Shown here in pieces: positions 7,502 through 14,571 of a stretch of DNA of 61,251 bases. Positions within the stretch are counted from its first letter, which is position 1; every line of letters begins with the position of its first letter. The notes under the pieces were generated by a model. The model had not been told where the DNA came from. It did not search any database and saw only the letters and a list, made by a program, of their open reading frames with translations. The position numbers and the translations under genes were made by a program. The stretch is from a virus. The stretch lies in IMG/VR virus record IMGVR_UViG_3300029951_000031, one strand, 5' to 3'.

Positions 7502-8350
7502 TTAGCCGAAAAACGGCTTGCCGAAAAAGAACGGGTTGCCGGTCTTTTCCTTAATCAGGTCGATTACGGTAATGGCGGCCGCTTCGAGCACTTTGTCCTG
7601 GCGGATAAGCTCAAACCAGAACGCGAGCTTGCCGTCTCGAACGCGATAACGCAGGCGTGCATCGATCTGGTACGCATCGCCGCCCCAAAAAACCGGTATG
7701 CCGATCGCGAACCGCTCGAACACCTGCATTTTCTGCAGCGTCTGAGCGTCATCGTCTTGCACGAATTGGAGATTCAAGCCGCCGTTCTGCAGGCGGATCG
7801 TGCTCTTGAAGCGCATGTCTTGGTTGGCTTCGAACGACATTGCCATTTCCAGCATCGCGGAGCCGGCTGGGAAGCCGCTATCATCGGGCGATGCGATATC
7901 TTTGAGGTTTTCCTCAATGAACGCGGCAAATTCGGCTTGCGTGAACGGATGCTTATTCTTGCCGATCCAGCGGCGCCACTCTTCACTGAACTCGGGCGAG
8001 AAAAATGCTTTGTGATCGCGCCACGCTGCTTTTTCCGGGTCTTCGCCGTTATCGTTGATGATCGCGGTGAAGTCGACCTTGCCGTTCGTGTAGTCGGCGG
8101 TACACCAAACCGTGCTGTCAGTCAGCGAGCCGTGGCGCTTCACGTAGCTGATAAAGCTGTCGCTGTCGCGCAGGGAGACGACGGCCTTTTTGCGCAACGG
8201 CGCAGGCTGCAATGCGGCGTCGTCAAACTCTTTGATCAACCAGTTCGGCGGCAGCGCAACGCGCCGCTGCGTCTGATTGCTGACTAGCTCTGTCGGCGCC
8301 TTCATTTCTTGGGCGAGCGTTTGAGCTAAGTTTTCTTGTTCGTGGTCCAT
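7502..8350 (-). CDS. DUF2303 (YfdQ-like) protein
   Basis: 282 aa. Overall similarity by eye to YfdQ/DUF2303 prophage proteins, and an early-operon position. Confidence 0.6.
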   Translation of the reverse strand: MDHEQENLAQTLAQEMKAPTELVSNQTQRRVALPPNWLIKEFDDAALQPAPLRKKAVVSLRDSDSFISYVKRHGSLTDSTVWCTADYTNGKVDFTAIINDNGEDPEKAAWRDHKAFFSPEFSEEWRRWIGKNKHPFTQAEFAAFIEENLKDIASPDDSGFPAGSAMLEMAMSFEANQDMRFKSTIRLQNGGLNLQFVQDDDAQTLQKMQVFERFAIGIPVFWGGDAYQIDARLRYRVRDGKLAFWFELIRQDKVLEAAAITVIDLIKEKTGNPFFFGKPFFG

Positions 8351-8379
8351 GGGTGGTCAGTCCTAGTGTCTGTAAAAAG

Positions 8380-8724
8380 TTATGCCGTTTTCAGGGCGGA
8401 CGGCGCTGCATCGGAAGCGCCTTCGACGCGCTTCAAATCGAGCTTGGATTGGCGCGGATCGTCAGCGATCAGGTTGCCTTCGGGCGTGGCGAACAACATG
8501 ACTTCGAAGGGCTCTTCGGCCGGCTTTTTCAGCGTGACCTTGCCAGTGATGTGCATGGCGCCACCGCGCGTAGCTTTTTTGACCAGCACTTCAAGCGTGA
8601 GCTTTCCGGCTTTGCCGCTGGCATCAACAGCCGAAACCAACTCGTTCATCTTGTCGCTGGCTGTATCGATGAACACGCCACCGCCGATATGGCGCAGGGT
8701 GTCCGTGATGGGTCTTATGGTCAT
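8380..8724 (-). CDS. Hypothetical protein (114 aa)
   Basis: ORF track; protein-like composition. Confidence 0.6.
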   Translation of the reverse strand: MTIRPITDTLRHIGGGVFIDTASDKMNELVSAVDASGKAGKLTLEVLVKKATRGGAMHITGKVTLKKPAEEPFEVMLFATPEGNLIADDPRQSKLDLKRVEGASDAAPSALKTA

Positions 8725-8760
8725 TCCTATCCCCTAGTTAGCGGCACCATGCCGCAATTA

Positions 8761-8850
8761 TCAAAACTTCAACCCACGCACCATCTCGACCAGCATCAAA
8801 GCAAAAACGAGTGCTGCGAGGATTCCGTCTATTTGGTCGATAAGGGTCAT
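8761..8850 (-). CDS. Possible hydrophobic mini-protein (29 aa)
   Basis: Hand-translated MTLIDQIDGILAALVFALMLVEMVRGLKF; fills the gap between two genes. Confidence 0.3.
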   Translation of the reverse strand: MTLIDQIDGILAALVFALMLVEMVRGLKF

Positions 8851-8857
8851 GGCGGAC

Positions 8858-9052
8858 TCAGGCAGTCTTGCGCCGAATCACGCAACCCGGGTAATTCGTT
8901 TCCAGATGCGACTTCATGGCACGCATGTCCGACTCTTTGTCGAACTTCACGAAGTCAACCAACTTGCTTCCCTCGAATGCGCCGAGCACGATGCGGCCGG
9001 CGGCAAATGCTTTAGCGGCTTCTTCGATGTTGTTGGTGACAGTGGCTTGCAT
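8858..9052 (-). CDS. Hypothetical protein, first gene of the early-left operon (64 aa)
   Basis: ORF track; immediately downstream of the OL-like operator cluster. Confidence 0.6.
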   Translation of the reverse strand: MQATVTNNIEEAAKAFAAGRIVLGAFEGSKLVDFVKFDKESDMRAMKSHLETNYPGCVIRRKTA

Positions 9053-9102
9053 TCTTCACTCCATCTGGATGCAGCGATGTGTGCTGCTGATGGAAATAAT
9101 AT

Positions 9103-9174
9103 TACCCCACGGGTAGCAATTCCGATAGCCCCTTAGGGTAATAAAGTCGATGAATTATTTCTACTGCCAGGGTA
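9103..9174 (-). promoter_or_regulatory. OL-like operator cluster (three TACCC-N3-GGGTA-type sites)
   Basis: 9103..9115 TACCCCACGGGTA (perfect palindrome), 9128..9140 GCCCCTTAGGGTA, 9162..9174 TACTGCCAGGGTA. The same motif family occurs at 10746..10806. Confidence 0.65.
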
Positions 9175-9186
9175 GTAGCGATAGAT

Positions 9187-9211
9187 AAAAAAATACCCGC
9201 GGTCGGCGGGT
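9187..9211 (-). terminator. Rho-independent terminator (minus strand)
   Basis: A-run then ACCCGC-ggtcg-GCGGGT on the plus strand, which is a hairpin plus U-tract on the minus strand. Confidence 0.6.
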
Positions 9212-9227
9212 CTGCTGGAATTGGCGT

Positions 9228-9250
9228 AAAAAAGCCCGCTCGGGGCGGGC
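9228..9250 (-). terminator. Rho-independent terminator after doc (minus strand)
   Basis: AAAAAA then GCCCGC-tcggg-GCGGGC on the plus strand. Confidence 0.65.
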
Positions 9251-9287
9251 TAGGTGTTGCGGGTTGGCTCTCGCCGTAGTTACCGGC

Positions 9288-9659
9288 CTACAAAGCTATC
9301 TCCGCAAGGATATTCGCGAACGTCTGAACGTCTAGCGCGCCTTCTGCGACCTCAACCATTAAATCCTCAAGGCCCTCGTTTCGCTCAACATTGATGTCCT
9401 GGAGCTTGAGGTAGGTGAGGGCGGCTACGAGGCCGGTGCGCTTGTTGGCGTCATTGAAAATGTGCCCTCGCGATATGGCGACCGCGTATATTGATGCGAC
9501 CCCGAAGACGTCTGTGAGGTCGGCATAGGTGGCCCAGTTATCCACACGCAGCAAAGCACTCTCTAGACCAGCAAATCCCGGCCCAGCGAAACCTTTGAGC
9601 CCTGGTTCGTCGCGCAATATTTCGTCGTGGATTTGCAGGACAAAATCCGCGTCTAACAT
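9288..9659 (-). CDS. doc: Doc (Fic-fold) toxin
   Basis: 123 aa with the Fic/Doc signature HIFNDANKRTG. Confidence 0.85.
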   Translation of the reverse strand: MLDADFVLQIHDEILRDEPGLKGFAGPGFAGLESALLRVDNWATYADLTDVFGVASIYAVAISRGHIFNDANKRTGLVAALTYLKLQDINVERNEGLEDLMVEVAEGALDVQTFANILAEIAL

Positions 9660-9662
9660 GCG

Positions 9663-9836
9663 CTAGCGCTTCGCGAGTGCCTTGATTACGTCGTGATGCT
9701 CTTTGATGACGGCGCGGGCCGCAGTGACGACCATGCGGCGATCGGACTCGCTTGCGACGCGCACGATGTTTTTGGGGGTGATCATCGGACGAGCAGAATC
9801 ACCGACGAAAGTCCTCTTCGCGTTTTTGGTGTTCAT
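9663..9836 (-). CDS. Putative Phd-like antitoxin (57 aa)
   Basis: Hand-translated MNTKNAKRTFVGDSARPMITPKNIVRVASESDRRMVVTAARAVIKEHHDVIKALAKR. Its stop lies 3 nt before the doc ATG. Confidence 0.6.
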   Translation of the reverse strand: MNTKNAKRTFVGDSARPMITPKNIVRVASESDRRMVVTAARAVIKEHHDVIKALAKR

Positions 9837-9960
9837 ATGGCTCTCCGGTTAGTGTAGGTGTTGCGTATATTCACCATGATACACAACTTTTTATAGTGAT
9901 GTGACGTGTTCCTACACCACTTCCTGGCGAGACACAACTGGCTTAGTTGGTTGCGCAGCC

Positions 9961-10725
9961 TCAACGCCTCCGATACTTCCGATGCTCGACCATTGTGCCG
10001 ATGATATGCATTTTGTCACGCTCACTCTGCAGGGTGGCGAAGTCCTCGTTTAACGGCACCAGCTCGAATACCTGGTCTCCGTGCTCATTGGATCCGCGCG
10101 GGCGGTATTTCTTAAAAGTGGCCTCTTCATGGCCGTTCTTGGCCGCCACGAAGTCGCCGGGTAGGGGCGCCACCGCAGGGTCAATAATGACCTTATCGCC
10201 CTCGCGGAACTCTGGTTCCATCGATAGCCCCTTGATAACGAGCGCGAATGCTCCCTCCGAAACGTCCGCGTCCGTCATGATTTTTTCGAACCCGTCGCCC
10301 AAGGCGTAAGGGTCAACAACTTCGGTCATCATCCCCGCCTGTATATAGCTTATGACCGGTACTTCGCGTTTACCCAGCGGCGCCGGGTCTACGTTTTTGT
10401 CGAACTTTTTTCGTTCGTGTTTATCTAGCGTATCCCCGGGCGAATTAAGCGCTTCTTTAATTATGCCGTGGTTACGCCCTATGTTTGGCGGATCGAATTT
10501 CCCTGAACTATGGTCAGAGTCCATCCAGAAGTCAGGCAGCCCAAAAGCTTTCTCGATTTTCCTTGCTGACGCCGTGCTGATCGCCTTGCGCCCAGCTATC
10601 CAGTGATTCACAAGGGTCGGCCGGTCGTACCCGAGCTTGTCAGACGCGGCAGTTTGGCTGTTTTCGTAGCGCTCTCGGATCACCTTTTGCAGGTTTTCGC
10701 GGCGCACCTCTTCATTTGATTTCAT
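9961..10725 (-). CDS. cI-like repressor (N-terminal HTH plus C-terminal S24 LexA-like peptidase)
   Basis: 254 aa from the first ATG (10725). GLSMEPEFREGDKVIIDP and FKKY match the S24 Ser/Lys pattern. Divergent from the Cro-like gene. Confidence 0.85.
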   Translation of the reverse strand: MKSNEEVRRENLQKVIRERYENSQTAASDKLGYDRPTLVNHWIAGRKAISTASARKIEKAFGLPDFWMDSDHSSGKFDPPNIGRNHGIIKEALNSPGDTLDKHERKKFDKNVDPAPLGKREVPVISYIQAGMMTEVVDPYALGDGFEKIMTDADVSEGAFALVIKGLSMEPEFREGDKVIIDPAVAPLPGDFVAAKNGHEEATFKKYRPRGSNEHGDQVFELVPLNEDFATLQSERDKMHIIGTMVEHRKYRRR

Positions 10726-10745
10726 GTCGATATTAGGCCATTTGT

Positions 10746-10815
10746 TACCCAATAGGTAAATTGCCCAGCAGGGTAGTAAAATCCGCTTGCAACTACCGTA
10801 CGGGTAATATATATT
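10746..10815. promoter_or_regulatory. OR-like operator and promoter region (three operators, PR -35/-10)
   Basis: 10746..10758 TACCCAATAGGTA, 10763..10775 GCCCAGCAGGGTA, 10794..10806 TACCGTACGGGTA. TTGCAA (10787..10792), a 17-nt spacer, then TATATT (10810..10815). Confidence 0.6.
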
Positions 10816-10821
10816 TTGGTC

Positions 10822-11160
10822 ATGAGACCGACCGAACCCGCCAATTTCAAGAGCTTTTACCGCTCACTAGACGCCTCCGCCAAGAAACCCTTTGCCGAGG
10901 CGGCCAAAACTACTGTTCGGTATATCGAAACGCATCTGGTCTACGCCAGAAAAATTCCTAGCCCGACGAGAATGGAGTGGTTGCACCAGGCCTGCCTTCA
11001 GTTCGGCGCGCAGTTTAGCAAAGCTGACTTGATAGCTTTCTTTTACGAGCCAAACAAGGATCGTGAAATCAAAGGGAAGGACGCTGTAGATAGCGCGATC
11101 GCCTCGGATGACGCACAGCCGCCCACCGCTGGCGAAATCGACGAAGACACCCCTAAGTAG
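10822..11160 (+). CDS. Putative Cro-like early regulator (112 aa)
   Basis: First rightward gene, divergent from cI. The ATG lies about 7 nt after the predicted -10, so it is probably leaderless. Confidence 0.45.
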   Translation: MRPTEPANFKSFYRSLDASAKKPFAEAAKTTVRYIETHLVYARKIPSPTRMEWLHQACLQFGAQFSKADLIAFFYEPNKDREIKGKDAVDSAIASDDAQPPTAGEIDEDTPK

Positions 11161-11217
11161 TACTAATTTCATAATTCCCACCGGTTTTGCTTAAAAGCTG
11201 ACACGAGGACCGCCACG

Positions 11218-11499
11218 ATGATTCAAGTAAAGGACATGAGCAAGGACGTTACCCGCCAATCCATCGGTGGATTCGGCGCTTTGGTCCCCGACGTAGCGCG
11301 AGAGGTCGGCGAGGCTCGCCCAGCGAAGCCACTCGCGGACTGGGCGCTGATCGCTGGCTTCGTCGCGGTGCTCGGGGCCATCTTCTGGAGCGCGCTCTTC
11401 TATGCAGTGGATCTGGAAACGTTCGCCGAGCTGGTCGTTTTGTTTGCCCTGGTTGCCTCGATGTTTCCGGCTGATGCTGTTTGGCGGTTGGTGGGGTAA
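11218..11499 (+). CDS. Membrane protein (93 aa)
   Basis: Two hydrophobic helices (WALIAGFVAVLGAIFWSALFY and LVVLFALVASMF). Confidence 0.6.
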   Translation: MIQVKDMSKDVTRQSIGGFGALVPDVAREVGEARPAKPLADWALIAGFVAVLGAIFWSALFYAVDLETFAELVVLFALVASMFPADAVWRLVG

Positions 11500-11518
11500 G
11501 TAGGGCATTAAGTTTTCT

Positions 11519-11548
11519 GAGGGGCTGGTTATTCGGCCCCTTTATTTG
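11519..11548 (+). terminator. Rho-independent terminator (tR1-like position)
   Basis: GGGGC-10 nt-GCCCC followed by TTTATTT. Confidence 0.6.
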
Positions 11549-11597
11549 GCTCCTAGCCCAACAGGTAATTCAACAGGTAATTCGATTGGATTTTTAT

Positions 11598-11969
11598 ATG
11601 AGCCCCAGTAACGACGAGCTTCACATGATGGGCGGAATGATGCGCTCCCCGGCCTTCCTGCCGGACGCACAGATCAAGGAATGCGTGACGTTCCGTGATG
11701 CGGTGCGCCTTGCGTGGCGCCATCGCCGCATCAAGGCCATGACGAAAGCGACCTTTGCCGAGCGCTGCGGGCTGTACGCCTCGCACGTCACGGACTATTT
11801 CAGCCCAACCGATACGCACGCCGACGGTCGCGCGCGCCGCTCACTTCCGGCCGAGAAAATCGCGGTCAGCGAGGGCGAGCTCGGCAACCGCGCGATCACG
11901 CAATTTCTGGTGCGCCAAGTCGAACTGACGCTGATGGAAGAGGTTCTCGACGCCAGGAAAAGCGCATGA
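11598..11969 (+). CDS. HTH DNA-binding protein (cII-like position)
   Basis: 123 aa from the ATG at 11598; MTKATFAERCGLYASHVTDYF looks like a helix-turn-helix. Confidence 0.5.
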   Translation: MSPSNDELHMMGGMMRSPAFLPDAQIKECVTFRDAVRLAWRHRRIKAMTKATFAERCGLYASHVTDYFSPTDTHADGRARRSLPAEKIAVSEGELGNRAITQFLVRQVELTLMEEVLDARKSA

Positions 11970-12133
11970 ACTATGCCGAGGCCAAGCGCATTTGCGCTGA
12001 AGCTTTCGCGCGCGCGGCCAAGCCGGGTCGGTCGCCGGATGACGTTCGGCAAGAGGTCGCGCTCGCCGCGGCTGTTGATAAAACGCTGATGAGCGCGTTA
12101 CTTATTGTTGCGTCGAAAGGGATGGATTCATGA
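11966..12133 (+). CDS. Hypothetical protein (55 aa)
   Basis: ATGA overlaps at both ends; hand-translated MNYAEAKRICAEAF... Confidence 0.45.
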   Translation: MNYAEAKRICAEAFARAAKPGRSPDDVRQEVALAAAVDKTLMSALLIVASKGMDS

Positions 12134-13566
12134 GCGATTGGCTCGACAAATGTCACTTCGGCGATTGCCGCGACACGATGCGCCGCATGATCGCTGATGG
12201 CGTGAAGGTGCAAACGATCGTTACGTCGCCGCCGTATTGGGGCCTTCGGGATTACGGCGTTGACGGGCAGATCGGCATGGAGCCGACGTTGCGCGAGTTC
12301 ATCGCCGGCATGGTCGAGGTTTTCAGGCTCTGTCGCGAAGTGCTCGCCGACGACGGAACGATGTGGGTCAACATGGGCGATTCGTATTTGGAAAACAAGC
12401 AGTTGGCGGTTCAGCCTCACCGGCTCGCGATTGCCCTGCAGGAGCCCTACTACGCCGGCAAGATCAAGAGGGAAGCCGACCGCGCGTGGTTGGGCGCGAT
12501 GATCGACGGGGAAGGCTGCTTTTTCATTCACAAGCGAAAGGCTGGATCCAGCGCACATTCTCGGTTCACCCGCGCCGATGGCACGGAAGCGAACTATGTT
12601 CGCAAGGTTGACACCTACGGGGTTGGGTTGGAGATATGCAACACACAGAAAGCGATCATCGATCGCGTTCAGGAGATTGCAGGGTTCGGCACCATGACCA
12701 CACAAAGCCCCGCGCAAAACAATCGGCGCAAGCAGACCATTTATCGGTGGAGGCTCGCCCCGAACGAGGTGAAGATTCTGGCTCGCGAGGTCTATCCGCA
12801 TCTGGTTGGGAAGCGCCAGCAAGCTCGGCTCATCTATAACTGCCCGTCAAGCGGAGAGGCTGGGGCGACTGCGCATCAAGCCATGATGGACTTGCACAAC
12901 GGCATTGCGACAGATGTGGACTACCCTGCGCCGCCCACTCTTTTTGAGCCCGGTTTCTACCTGCGGCAAGACATCGTATGGGCGAAAAAAAACCCGATGC
13001 CGGAGTCCATCAAGGACCGCTGCACGAAGTCGCACGAGTACTTGTTCTTCCTGAGCAAGCGGGAACAGTACTTCTCCAATTTTGAGGCTATTAGAGAGCC
13101 AGCATCATTCGGCGCGACACCATCGGGCGTCGGCTTTGGGCATGGATTTGATAGCCCCGAGCGGATCCAACAGCGCGGCCGCAGCAAGCGCGATAGTTTC
13201 AAGCGCGATAATAGCAAGCGAGCTTCCGCTATTCCCGGCCAATCTGTCGGCACACATCGGCCCGACCGAGTGGAAAGCGATTGGGACGTGCTGACACGCA
13301 ATAAGCGCAGTGTCTGGACGATACCTACTCAAGCATACGCTGCGGCGCACTTCGCCACATTCCCAGAAACCCTGGTCGAGCCGTGCGTAATGGCCGGCAG
13401 TCGGCCCGGCGACATCGTATTTGACCCCTTCTTTGGCAGCGGCACTACCGGATCAGTTGCGCAACGGCTCGGGCGCCACTGGATTGGTTGCGAGCTGAAT
13501 TCTGCTTACGAGCCGCTGCAGCGCGACAGATTGCGCCAGCCCGGCCTTGCATTGGAGATCGCATGA
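12130..13566 (+). CDS. N6-adenine/N4-cytosine DNA methyltransferase (beta class) with an inserted LAGLIDADG-like domain
   Basis: 478 aa. Motif IV TSPPYW, DIVWAKKNPMPES, and motif I DPFFGSGTTG. An insert of about 170 aa contains WLGAMIDGEGCFFI. Confidence 0.8.
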   Translation: MSDWLDKCHFGDCRDTMRRMIADGVKVQTIVTSPPYWGLRDYGVDGQIGMEPTLREFIAGMVEVFRLCREVLADDGTMWVNMGDSYLENKQLAVQPHRLAIALQEPYYAGKIKREADRAWLGAMIDGEGCFFIHKRKAGSSAHSRFTRADGTEANYVRKVDTYGVGLEICNTQKAIIDRVQEIAGFGTMTTQSPAQNNRRKQTIYRWRLAPNEVKILAREVYPHLVGKRQQARLIYNCPSSGEAGATAHQAMMDLHNGIATDVDYPAPPTLFEPGFYLRQDIVWAKKNPMPESIKDRCTKSHEYLFFLSKREQYFSNFEAIREPASFGATPSGVGFGHGFDSPERIQQRGRSKRDSFKRDNSKRASAIPGQSVGTHRPDRVESDWDVLTRNKRSVWTIPTQAYAAAHFATFPETLVEPCVMAGSRPGDIVFDPFFGSGTTGSVAQRLGRHWIGCELNSAYEPLQRDRLRQPGLALEIA

Positions 13567-13724
13567 ACGATCGTACGCCAGACCTTTTTAAACAGCGCTC
13601 TCTTGAAGACGCCAATCTTGATCGCATGGCCGAGAACATCGGGCGGCTCCGCGACAAAAAAGCTAAACGGCAGCAAGCGCATCTTCTTTGCCAAGCGCTG
13701 ATTCGTATGATCAAGAGCAAATGA
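13563..13724 (+). CDS. Hypothetical protein (53 aa)
   Basis: ATGA overlap with the methyltransferase stop. Confidence 0.45.
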   Translation: MNDRTPDLFKQRSLEDANLDRMAENIGRLRDKKAKRQQAHLLCQALIRMIKSK

Positions 13725-13737
13725 GCCAAGGCGCGCC

Positions 13738-14571
13738 GTGCAAGATGCTTCCCCGCAACTCGAAGACGGATATACCCGGATCGCTAACGAGCTTTTCGAG
13801 GCGGTTTTGGGTTATGGATTCACGCAACGACAGATTTTGGTTTTGTTGACCGTGCTTCGCAAGACGTACGGGTATGGAAAAAAAGAGGACGACATGTCAG
13901 CGGCACAAATAGGGCAGATCTGCAACACGGGTCGCAATCACGTTACCGAGGTGATTGGGCAGCTTGTTGCATTGAATGTGCTCACCCGTGCGCCAGGGAT
14001 ATTCGGACTCACACTCGGTATCAACAAAAACCATAAAAGCTGGGCAAAGGTAGTCCCAAAAAAGGACACCCTGTCCCGAATCGGTACTACCAAGGATAGT
14101 GTTGACCCTGTCGTTTTACCCAAGGAGTTGAGTAGTCCTAAATCGGGACTAGTCCCAGATCAGGACAAAGATAGTCCCAACTTAGGACAGGTCGGTAGTC
14201 CCAACTTAGGACACACAAAAGAAAACCTTTCAAAAGAAACTCAAAAGAAAGTTCGCGTCGCTCGGACCGAGGCTTTATTTGTCGACTGGGTTGCTTCCTG
14301 CAAAGCGGCTGGCGAGGACTTGGTTCGTGAAGACGATCCGATCTTCGACTATGCCGAAAAGCAAAAACTTCCGATGAGTTTTGTTCGGTATGCATGGCTT
14401 GAGTTCAGGCGAAAAAGCATCGAGGGCGGAAAGAAGCAAAAAGACTGGCGCGCTCACTTTCGCAATGCTGTCCGCGAAAACTGGTATCGCCTTTGGTTTG
14501 AAAAAGACGATGGCTTTTCCCTCACCACCCGAGGAATTCAGGTGCAACGTGAACATCAGGACGCAGCATGA
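13738..14571 (+). CDS. Lambda O-like replication initiator
   Basis: 277 aa (GTG start). N-terminal YTRIANELFEAVL...FTQRQILVLLTVLRKTYGYGKK matches the Phage_rep_O pattern, and iterons lie inside the gene. Confidence 0.8.
   Translation: MQDASPQLEDGYTRIANELFEAVLGYGFTQRQILVLLTVLRKTYGYGKKEDDMSAAQIGQICNTGRNHVTEVIGQLVALNVLTRAPGIFGLTLGINKNHKSWAKVVPKKDTLSRIGTTKDSVDPVVLPKELSSPKSGLVPDQDKDSPNLGQVGSPNLGHTKENLSKETQKKVRVARTEALFVDWVASCKAAGEDLVREDDPIFDYAEKQKLPMSFVRYAWLEFRRKSIEGGKKQKDWRAHFRNAVRENWYRLWFEKDDGFSLTTRGIQVQREHQDAA
14051..14250. repeat. Origin-like iteron array plus A-rich tract
   Basis: TAGTCCYA-N6-GGACA at 14051, 14133, 14150, 14172 and 14196 (the last two are identical 18-mers), then an A-rich tract at 14213..14250. 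Confidence 0.8.

Noticed and set aside
8353-9015. A 220-aa plus-strand ORF spanning three minus-strand early genes
   Set aside because: It crosses intergenic gaps of the minus-strand operon, has no SD and has shadow-like composition.
11971-12822. A 283-aa minus-strand ORF opposite the methyltransferase
   Set aside because: It is a shadow ORF of a motif-supported plus-strand gene, with Arg/Ala/Pro-rich non-protein-like composition.
12442-12948. An intein within the methyltransferase
   Set aside because: The insert of about 170 aa is too short for Hint plus endonuclease domains. It lacks N-terminal Cys/Ser and block A/B motifs, and the HN dipeptide is followed by Gly rather than Cys/Ser/Thr.
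14051-14213. The possibility that the 18-bp direct repeats form a CRISPR-like array
   Set aside because: The repeats are spaced by only 0-60 nt and are partly contiguous. They lie inside the replication-initiator ORF and are followed by an A-rich tract, so they are origin iterons and not a repeat-spacer array.
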